From Shewanella sp. GXUN23E (lineage in GTDB: Bacteria > Pseudomonadota > Gammaproteobacteria > Enterobacterales > Shewanellaceae): 24,000 nucleotides of DNA. Under the pieces are notes generated by a model. It was given only the letters and a program-made list of their open reading frames with translations, was not told where the DNA came from and did not search any database. Position 1 is the first letter of the stretch. Each line of letters opens with the position of its first letter. This document shows positions 8,221 to 15,315 of this stretch, piece by piece. The position numbers were made by a program, and so were the translations under genes. The stretch covers positions 65,993 through 89,992 of the forward strand of contig NZ_JBOZWP010000022.1 in the NCBI RefSeq assembly GCF_050865035.1, written 5' to 3'.

Positions 8221-11073
8221 TCAGGCCTTGGCGATCTGGCAAAGCGTCGCCTTGGTCTCCTGCATCTGGGTCACCACGTCATAGCCATAGGTCATGGCGG
8301 TGTTGGCAGATTCCCCGATTACGAAGGGCTCGGTGCCAGCCGGATAATCCGCCGCCAGGCTCTTCATCTCAAATACTCCGGCGAAGTGGAACGGCATAAA
8401 GGTTTCACCCGGAATAACCCTTGGGGTCACCATCGCTTTGATCTCAATGGTGGCGCCATCCGGACTGAACAGCTTCACATTGTCGCCATCGCGTATGCCT
8501 CGGTCGGCCGCATCCTGAGGATTGATTTCCACATACATCTCCGGCTGCAATTGCGCCAGCCAGGGATTGGAGCGGGTTTCCTCACCGCCACCTTCATATT
8601 CCACCAATCGCCCGGAGGTCAGCACCAGCGGGAACTTCTTGGCAAAGTCCTGCTTCTGGATAGACATATACAGGGTGGGCAGACGGGCCACCATTCTGTC
8701 CTCATAGGTCGGATAGATGGGCACCAGATCCCGTCTTGGGGTATACAGGGGTTCTCGGTGGATGGGGATTTGATCCGGGAAGGTCCACACAATACAGCGG
8801 GCCTTGGCGTTACCGAATGGGGTGCAGTTGTTGGCAATGGCCACCCGCTGGATACCGCCGGACAGATCGGTTTTCCAGTTGCGGCCTTCGGCAGCCACCT
8901 GCTCTTCAGGGGTCAACTGATCCCACCAGCCAAGCTGCTTGAGCATGGTATCGGTAAACTCGGGATAACCATCCTCAATGGCACTGTTTTTAGACCAGGA
9001 ATCTTCCGCCAGAATGTTCACACCATCGTGCTCCACCCCATAACGGGCACGGAAAGTGCCACCGCCATTACGGACTTCGCGGTCGGTACGATAGAGGATT
9101 TGGGTCCCCGGGTGTTTCATCTCCGGCGTGCCCCAACATGGCCATGGCAGACCGTAGGTTTCGCCCTGACAGGGACCTCCCGGCGCTTCCAGCGAATCGA
9201 CATTGAAGGTACCCCAGTTTTCCTGGTGCAGTTTGAGACGCTCTGGACTCTGACCTGTGTAACCAACGGTCCACATACCGCGGTTGAATTCGCGGGTAAT
9301 ATCTTCAATCAAAGGCTCGGTGCCATTGACCTTGATATGTTTGAACATCTCTTTCTCGAAACCAAATTTCTGCGCCAGCAGATACATGATTTCGTGGTCA
9401 GGCTTGCACTCGAACAAGGGCTCAATCACCTTGGAGCGCCACTGGATCGAGCGGTTGGTGGCCGAGACCGAACCATAGGTTTCAAACTGGGTCGCCGCCG
9501 GCAGCAGAATGATGCCATCTGCCCGCTCAGGCAACACCCCAGCCATGGTGGGATATGGGTCAACCACCACTACCATGTCCATCTTATCCAGTGCTTCGCG
9601 CACCACTGGACCGCGGGTTTCGGTATTGACCGACTGGCCCCAGAAGAAAGACATACGGATATTGTCGCGCTGGGCGATTTTGTCCTTATCTTCCAACACC
9701 CCATCCTGCCAGCGGGAACAGGGAATACCGGTCGAATTCATCGGGACCTGTCCAAGATAGGTACCCTGATCGAAACGGCCTTTCATCCACTCATAGTCGA
9801 TGTCCCACACCCGGCACCAGTGCTGCCATGAACCTGTGGTCAATCCGTAGTAACCCGGCAGGGTGTCAAACAGCAGACCGAAATCCGTTGCCCCCTGCAC
9901 GTTGTCGTGACCACGGAAGATGTTGGTACCACCGCCGGAAATCCCCATATTGCCCAGCGCCAACTGCAGAATGCAGTAGCTTCGGGTATTGGAGTTACCC
10001 ATGTGGTGCTGAGTGCCGCCCATACACCAGACGATGGTGCCGGGGCGATTGTCCGCCATGGTTTTGGCAACCCGGTACATCTGCTCTTTGGGCACGCCAG
10101 CAACATTCTCCACCACTTCCGGCGGGAATTTCTTCACCTCTTCACGGATGGAATCCATGCCATACACCCGCTCGGCGATGAATTTTTTGTCTTCCCAGCC
10201 GTTTTCAAAGATGTGCCACAACAAACCGTAGATAAAGGGAATATCGGTTCCCGGACGGATATGCACATACTCGTCACTCTTGGCGGCGGTATGGGTGAAT
10301 CTGGGGTCGACCACGATGATCTTGGCGCCCCGCTCCTTACCGATCAGGATGTGCTGCATCGCCACCGGATGCGCTTCGCAGGGGTTGGACCCGACGAACA
10401 TCATCACCTTGGCATTGCGCATATCGTTGATGGAGTTGGTCTGCGCACCATAGCCCCAGGTGTTGGCCACCCCGGCTACTGTGGTGGAGTGGCAGATACG
10501 GGCGCTGTGGTCGACATTGTTGGTGCCCCACATGGCAGCAAACTTACGGTACAGATAGGCCTGTTCGTTGGAGAACTTGGCACTGCCCATGAAGAATACT
10601 GAATCCGGCCCGGACTCTTCGCGGATCTTCAGCGCCATGGCACTGACTTCATTGATCGCTTCATCCCAGGAAATGCGTTTCCACTTGCCACCCTCTTTTT
10701 TCATCGGGTACTTGAGGCGTTTTTCACCATGCCCCACTTCCCGTACTGCGGCCCCCTTGGCGCAGTGGCCGCCGGAGTTGATGGGATGATCAAATGCGGG
10801 TTCCTGATGAGTCCAAACCCCTTCCTGCACATGGGCGTAGATACCACAGCCAACAGCACAGTGAGAACAAATGGTTTTTTTGACTTCGACAGGGGCGTCG
10901 TGGGGGATAAACTCGGCGCGAGCCTTACGCATAAAACCTGTGCCCAGCACAGATGCAGCGGCTACTCCACCGGCGGAAAGACCGGCCGTCTTGAGGAATT
11001 GACGGCGGTTGAGACCCAGGCTTGGCTTGTCAGCCGGTTTTGCCTGGTTCGATGTGCGTGTCAGTCGCATCAC
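8221..11073 (-). CDS. fdhA: Formate dehydrogenase catalytic (alpha) subunit, copy 2. Tat-exported, cysteine-type.
   Basis: 950-aa uninterrupted ORF. Twin-arginine signal (GLNRRQFLKTAG). CSHCAVGCG...GGHCAKG cluster motif. Identical HSARICHSTTVAG segment, with the Cys codon TGC at 10492-10494. AGGAGGA RBS. Roughly three-quarters identical to copy 1 by eye. Confidence 0.95.
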   Translation of the reverse strand: MMRLTRTSNQAKPADKPSLGLNRRQFLKTAGLSAGGVAAASVLGTGFMRKARAEFIPHDAPVEVKKTICSHCAVGCGIYAHVQEGVWTHQEPAFDHPINSGGHCAKGAAVREVGHGEKRLKYPMKKEGGKWKRISWDEAINEVSAMALKIREESGPDSVFFMGSAKFSNEQAYLYRKFAAMWGTNNVDHSARICHSTTVAGVANTWGYGAQTNSINDMRNAKVMMFVGSNPCEAHPVAMQHILIGKERGAKIIVVDPRFTHTAAKSDEYVHIRPGTDIPFIYGLLWHIFENGWEDKKFIAERVYGMDSIREEVKKFPPEVVENVAGVPKEQMYRVAKTMADNRPGTIVWCMGGTQHHMGNSNTRSYCILQLALGNMGISGGGTNIFRGHDNVQGATDFGLLFDTLPGYYGLTTGSWQHWCRVWDIDYEWMKGRFDQGTYLGQVPMNSTGIPCSRWQDGVLEDKDKIAQRDNIRMSFFWGQSVNTETRGPVVREALDKMDMVVVVDPYPTMAGVLPERADGIILLPAATQFETYGSVSATNRSIQWRSKVIEPLFECKPDHEIMYLLAQKFGFEKEMFKHIKVNGTEPLIEDITREFNRGMWTVGYTGQSPERLKLHQENWGTFNVDSLEAPGGPCQGETYGLPWPCWGTPEMKHPGTQILYRTDREVRNGGGTFRARYGVEHDGVNILAEDSWSKNSAIEDGYPEFTDTMLKQLGWWDQLTPEEQVAAEGRNWKTDLSGGIQRVAIANNCTPFGNAKARCIVWTFPDQIPIHREPLYTPRRDLVPIYPTYEDRMVARLPTLYMSIQKQDFAKKFPLVLTSGRLVEYEGGGEETRSNPWLAQLQPEMYVEINPQDAADRGIRDGDNVKLFSPDGATIEIKAMVTPRVIPGETFMPFHFAGVFEMKSLAADYPAGTEPFVIGESANTAMTYGYDVVTQMQETKATLCQIAKA

Positions 11074-11159
11074 ACATCCTCCTATTTGTCAGACACAGTC
11101 TCAGGCAGCACCTGAAGCTGTGGTATTCGCGGCCAAACGACTACGTGAAGCGCAACCGG

Positions 11160-11354
11160 TTACTGTTGCAACGACTCGTAATAAGCGCGAATGTGGTCAG
11201 TTTCTCTGTAACCTTCACCTTTTACTGCTGGGGTGACTTCTTTTGATTCAGCGTTGGCTTCACCCGCGTGGGATGCAGCCGCCACCACGGCGCCGCCTGC
11301 GATCAGGGTTTTCAACGCCTGACGCCGACTTATGCCGGAAGCTTGCTTCTTCAT
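11160..11354 (-). CDS. fdhX: Small Tat-signal protein of the 'formate dehydrogenase region TAT target' type, copy 2 (64 aa).
   Basis: MKKQASGISRRQALKTLIAGG carries the twin-arginine signal. C-terminal GYRETDHIRAYYESL motif. AGGAG RBS (ttaatcAGGAGaccttATG). It lies 86 nt upstream of fdhA2. Confidence 0.8.
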   Translation of the reverse strand: MKKQASGISRRQALKTLIAGGAVVAAASHAGEANAESKEVTPAVKGEGYRETDHIRAYYESLQQ

Positions 11355-11476
11355 AAGGTCTCCTGATTAACATCTGGGCCTAAGCCCGGTTTATGGGAAG
11401 CTCCCTCTCCCCGTTTACGCCGCCGGGTTCCTGATACCGCTCGGTACCGGCAGCCCCTTTGAGAAGTTCAGACTTC

Positions 11477-12142
11477 TCAGTTCAACTGCACTTTCTCAAC
11501 ATCTGCAGGCTGCATATCATCATTGCCCGGACAGTTCACCGGAATGTCCAGACTCAGCTGTTCAAACTCGATGGCTTCCAGGTCAAAGAAGGCTTTACAC
11601 AACTGACCCACGGTAGCATAGAAAGCCGCACTGGGAGCAGTGTTTAATTTTTCAACAAAACGTTGGATCCAGCTGGCCATATGGCGCTGATAAAAGGCCA
11701 GTTGACGATAGCCCGGCGCTTCGAGGATAAGGGTGCCCATCACTTCACACAGCGCGGCCACATGGTCTTCCGGCTCTTTGACATCCTCTTCCCGGGCAAA
11801 ACCCAATTGCAGCAGGTCCTGACGCAACAGAGCCAATGGCTTGTCCATCAGTGAACCGGTCATAAACCAGCTGCCATAAGGCAGAATTTCGCCACAGCCC
11901 ACGCCGATGAACAAGGCAAAGTATTCATCTTCCAGCTGCTCAGGCGTGAACTGCCCTGCGGCCAGCTTGAGTGCCAGCCAGGCTTTAGTCATATCGTTGT
12001 CCTGCTCGGCGTCCACTTCAAGATTGGCCAGGAAGTCCAGCAGTTCAGCGCTGGGTGTACGACGCAACAAGGCGGCGATCAGCTGGTAGATATCCGCACG
12101 CAGTTGATCTTTTTCGCTTACATTTCTTACAGATTCGGTCAT
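11477..12142 (-). CDS. TorD/DmsD-family redox-enzyme maturation chaperone, probably FDH-specific.
   Basis: 221-aa ORF with the family hallmarks EDEYFALFIGVG (EYxxLF) and EPEDHVAALCEVM (EPxDH). It sits directly upstream of fdhX2A2. Confidence 0.85.
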   Translation of the reverse strand: MTESVRNVSEKDQLRADIYQLIAALLRRTPSAELLDFLANLEVDAEQDNDMTKAWLALKLAAGQFTPEQLEDEYFALFIGVGCGEILPYGSWFMTGSLMDKPLALLRQDLLQLGFAREEDVKEPEDHVAALCEVMGTLILEAPGYRQLAFYQRHMASWIQRFVEKLNTAPSAAFYATVGQLCKAFFDLEAIEFEQLSLDIPVNCPGNDDMQPADVEKVQLN

Positions 12143-12151
12143 AAAAAACTC

Positions 12152-13840
12152 TTAACGCAGTTGCTTTTCCGGGTCTTGAAGTATGTCTTCAAACAGGTCT
12201 TTCACGCGGCAATCACCGCACATTTTCAGGCGCTCGATATTGGCGTTGAAGGCACTGTGACTGCCTACCATATCCAGCATACGATGTACCATTGACTGGG
12301 TCGCAAATGGCGTGCCGCAAACGATACATTCAAAAGGAGGCTCTTCTTTCAGGACACGCAGTTGCTGACGGCTTGCACGGTTGAAGTTAACCTGTGGCGT
12401 CAGGCTGATGACCTTCTCCGGACAGGCTTGCTCACACAGACCGCACTGCACACAATCCTGTTCAACAAAACGCAGCGCCGGCTCATCACCGCCGTCTTTC
12501 AGGGCGCCGGTTGGGCAGGTTGCCACACAGCTCAAACACAGGGTGCACTTATCTGCGGCGACACTGACCGAGCCATAAGGAATATTGCTCATGGTCAGAC
12601 AGGAGTCGATGGCGGCGGCCTGGCTGTTGAGGTGATCAACCGCCTGATACAGAGTCGGACGCTTGTCACTCGCCACAAATGCTGCAGGAACGGTTACCGG
12701 CCAGCCACTGCTGATATTCAGCATCGGCTCCAGCGCTTCCGCCTCGATGGCATCAACGATGACGATACGCTGCGGCTGTCCCATTTCATCCAGGATGCGA
12801 TTGGCCAATGCCACTTCGCCCTGCAGCATCTGCGTCAGGGTAGGCGCAGTCGCTGCTGTGTTGTAAATCAGCACCTGACGGGCGCCCCATGCCAATACCG
12901 ACATCCAGTGATCGATAGCCGAAACGGTGATCTCTTCCAGCGCAATTGGCAGGATTTCACCCGGCAAGGCATCTCCTACCAACTCGGCGGCGACATTTTC
13001 ATCGTGGAACAGAATAACCGGCGCTTCACCGGCCTGCTCCAGATAACGGCCAACCAGTTTCTGCAGATAGTTGTGCAGTGACTGCGGAGCAGGCAGGTCG
13101 TAGCTCAGAGCGCCGGTTGGACAGGCATTGGTGCAACTGCCTGCGCCATGGCACAGGTATGGGTCGATTTCGATAACATTGTCGACGCTGGCTATGGCAT
13201 CAGCAGGACAGAAGTTCAGACAGCGGTTACAACCGGTCATACCATGGCGGTAGTGCGCACAGATATCCGTGTTCACTTTGACATAGCGGGGTTTGTCGAA
13301 TTCACCGATAAGTTCTGGAATTTGCTCGAGCGCATCCGCCAGCCTGGCGTCATCGCGGCCGACATAGAAATAGCCGGGAGGCAACATCTCCAGATTCAGA
13401 CTTGGCTCAAGACTGAGATCCAGCAGAATATCGAAATGAGGTTTACGGATCGCCACTTGACTAAGCTGGACAGTCTTTTCACCAGCGGCCGCTTCGTTCT
13501 CTACCAACACCTGAAACTGCCCCAAAAAGCCTTTGATGGCGTGCAGGGGGTTGTAGAAGCTCTCTACCTGAGGAGCGGCATTCATGACGGCCTCAAGATG
13601 AGCATCATCCTGAGACGTAATAGGATCTGTCGCCAAAACAACCCGACTAGCCATGGAGGACAATTTGGCTGCCGCCAGGCGGGCCAAATCTTCCGGGCCG
13701 ATGATCAACACATTACCCTGAGTGGTGTAACTCACGGTAGGTGGGATCAGGTTCTGGATGATCCGGGTTTGTGCCATCACACTCTGGCGGGCCTGCTTCA
13801 GTTGAGGCTGGCTGTGCATCTTGTTTGAATCTGAGCTCAC
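12152..13840 (-). CDS. Cytoplasmic 4Fe-4S polyferredoxin-like protein (562 aa) with a C-terminal CxxC...CxxC zinc-ribbon-like tail.
   Basis: GTG start at 13840 with an AGGAA RBS. No signal peptide. Two canonical motifs (CTLCLSCVATCP, CVQCGLCEQACP) and two atypical ones (CAHYRHGMTGCNRCLNFCP, CHGAGSCTNACP). C-terminal CIVCG-x33-CGDC. Confidence 0.85.
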   Translation of the reverse strand: MSSDSNKMHSQPQLKQARQSVMAQTRIIQNLIPPTVSYTTQGNVLIIGPEDLARLAAAKLSSMASRVVLATDPITSQDDAHLEAVMNAAPQVESFYNPLHAIKGFLGQFQVLVENEAAAGEKTVQLSQVAIRKPHFDILLDLSLEPSLNLEMLPPGYFYVGRDDARLADALEQIPELIGEFDKPRYVKVNTDICAHYRHGMTGCNRCLNFCPADAIASVDNVIEIDPYLCHGAGSCTNACPTGALSYDLPAPQSLHNYLQKLVGRYLEQAGEAPVILFHDENVAAELVGDALPGEILPIALEEITVSAIDHWMSVLAWGARQVLIYNTAATAPTLTQMLQGEVALANRILDEMGQPQRIVIVDAIEAEALEPMLNISSGWPVTVPAAFVASDKRPTLYQAVDHLNSQAAAIDSCLTMSNIPYGSVSVAADKCTLCLSCVATCPTGALKDGGDEPALRFVEQDCVQCGLCEQACPEKVISLTPQVNFNRASRQQLRVLKEEPPFECIVCGTPFATQSMVHRMLDMVGSHSAFNANIERLKMCGDCRVKDLFEDILQDPEKQLR

Positions 13841-13941
13841 ATTGCGTTCCTGAACAGTTTTGGCTGTCTCTTGTATTGGTCCCGATCCGGCTGCAACCAG
13901 ACATTAGAGCAATAGACGTACCAAAATTTACGACAATAAAC

Positions 13942-14553
13942 TTAACTAAACTGACCTTTTCCAACCGTCTCGTGCGAAACCGACGATTCATCTGGTACAT
14001 TCTGGCTAACTTGCTGAGTTTCCTCGGGCAAAGTGTCTGCATTTGCGTCCACGGTCAGCTCTGCCACTTCCGGGGCATGTTCCTGCCCGGGTTGAGTATC
14101 CGGGGTTGACGCCATTTCGGCCTGGGCTGCTTCCTGCTCTTCCCGCTCAATAACCTTGCGGAACACCTTTTTAACCAATTCTGCCGAATCTGAAGCCGAC
14201 AACAGCGGCTGATTGCTGTAATCCAGTGCGTACTCCGCCATGCCGCACACTTCGTTGAAGTGGGGTTGCTTCCACAGAGCCCGCAAAGCCGCCTTTTTGG
14301 CTGTGGGGTCAACGTTCTTGGCCATAAAGGCGGCAAAACTGCCACCTTCTTCAATCTGATCAGGGTCCGGTAAATCTTCTGCCGTCAGCAGACGCTCATC
14401 GTCTTGTGGTTCACCGGCAACAGACAGGGGCTGTTCCGTTTCAGCACTGCTTTCAGCAACAGGCGCCTCCTGCAGCGCTTTTTCCGCCTCCTGAGCTACC
14501 TGCTCACGGCGTTGCTGCCAACGACTGAATAATCCACTTGGTTTATCACTCAT
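13942..14553 (-). CDS. DUF3306-like protein. Acidic, low-complexity, function unknown.
   Basis: 203-aa ORF. N-terminal basic motif LFSRWQQRRE, conserved core LPDPDQIEEGGSFAAFMAKNV...ALRALWKQPHFNEVCGMAEYALDY, and long E/Q/A-rich flanks. Its start overlaps the upstream gene's stop (ATGA at 14550-14553). The family assignment is from memory of the DUF3306 pattern. Confidence 0.7.
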   Translation of the reverse strand: MSDKPSGLFSRWQQRREQVAQEAEKALQEAPVAESSAETEQPLSVAGEPQDDERLLTAEDLPDPDQIEEGGSFAAFMAKNVDPTAKKAALRALWKQPHFNEVCGMAEYALDYSNQPLLSASDSAELVKKVFRKVIEREEQEAAQAEMASTPDTQPGQEHAPEVAELTVDANADTLPEETQQVSQNVPDESSVSHETVGKGQFS

Positions 14554-15011
14554 ACGTTTTTACGCCTTTGATCTTCGGCCAGCTCCTTGCGGCGGTTAAC
14601 ATGCTTGCGTCGATGAGCGCAGATTTCCACTTCACCATGACGGGTAATGAAGGCTTCAATCCAACAGGCGACAGCATCCGGCATTGCCATACTGATCACC
14701 GGGGTATCGCCCTCAAGCGCGCCAGCCGCAACATTCTGACAAGCAGACAATGACGCCGGTACCCAGGTACCATCGACCAATTCATCACACACCAGGTACA
14801 GCATAGGAGTATCGAGGTCCAGGTTCAGGCGGTAGCTGGCACGTTCATCCCGGTGCAACTCCAGCAACACCAGATTGCTGCCTTCCGGCTGTTTACAGGA
14901 AGCCGGAACCATCTGATCCAGCTCCCACTGCACCGAAGTCCAGCGTCCTACCTGTTTCTCGGATTTCGTCAGAGAAACATATACCGGCCATACATTATCT
15001 GTGTGTTGCAT
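14550..15011 (-). CDS. DUF3305-like protein, function unknown.
   Basis: The track start at 15017 is a TTG. I prefer the ATG at 15011 (MQHTDNVWPVY...), which has an AGGA upstream. It carries a strongly basic C-terminal tail (HRRKHVNRRKELAEDQRRKNV). It is paired with a DUF3306-like gene, as I recall for this family pair next to FDH genes. Confidence 0.7.
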   Translation of the reverse strand: MQHTDNVWPVYVSLTKSEKQVGRWTSVQWELDQMVPASCKQPEGSNLVLLELHRDERASYRLNLDLDTPMLYLVCDELVDGTWVPASLSACQNVAAGALEGDTPVISMAMPDAVACWIEAFITRHGEVEICAHRRKHVNRRKELAEDQRRKNV

Positions 15012-15118
15012 ATTCAAATATCCTGAGTCCTGTCTACGGCGGCTGGCACTTCAGTCAACCTGTTCTATAGCTCACCACAAGCAAGGATGGTGCCATCAAT
15101 ATCATTGAAGTGTTTTTT

Positions 15119-15132
15119 TTGAGATGGATCAT
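15119..15132. promoter_or_regulatory. Candidate FNR/EtrA-type box in the divergent fdhD / DUF3305 control region.
   Basis: TTGAGatggATCAT compared with TTGAT-N4-ATCAA (8/10 matches, correct spacing). It lies ~114 nt upstream of the DUF3305 ATG and ~190 nt upstream of the fdhD ATG. Matched by eye only. Confidence 0.3.
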
Positions 15133-15213
15133 CAATCCAGAGATCAGCATAGGACATTTTGTCTCACCAACAATATCTCCTTGGGCATAAACGTCCGACC
15201 AGAGTCAGCATTT

Positions 15214-15229
15214 TGTGATTCACCTTGCA
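15214..15229. promoter_or_regulatory. Candidate CRP-type site in the divergent control region.
   Basis: TGTGAttcaccTTGCA compared with TGTGA-N6-TCACA. The left half is perfect and the right half matches 3/5. It lies ~90 nt upstream of the fdhD ATG. Confidence 0.2.
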
Positions 15230-15315
15230 TTTTACTTATTCCCAGATGTTAAGGTACGAATATTGCTAGTAAAGCCCTATGCACACCCCCAATAGAATTA
15301 GCTTTGCAGGATCTG

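Noticed and set aside
992-11073. Selenocysteine recoding (in-frame TGA plus SECIS) in the fdhA genes.
   Set aside because: Both ORFs are uninterrupted and the Sec-equivalent codons are TGT (3278-3280) and TGC (10492-10494).
11461-11478. The hairpin GAGAAGT-tcag-ACTTCTC, overlapping the TorD-like stop codon, as a terminator separating the accessory genes from fdhX2.
   Set aside because: The 7-bp AT-rich stem is followed on the minus strand by AAAGGGG, not a U-tract. It is unlikely to terminate, but it may still affect mRNA processing. It is left uncalled.
13713-14042. A 109-aa minus-strand ORF bridging the gap between the DUF3306-like gene and the polyferredoxin.
   Set aside because: It overlaps the ends of both well-supported genes out of frame. 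Its composition is arginine/serine-rich and it has no RBS. The 101-nt gap itself contains no independent ORF.
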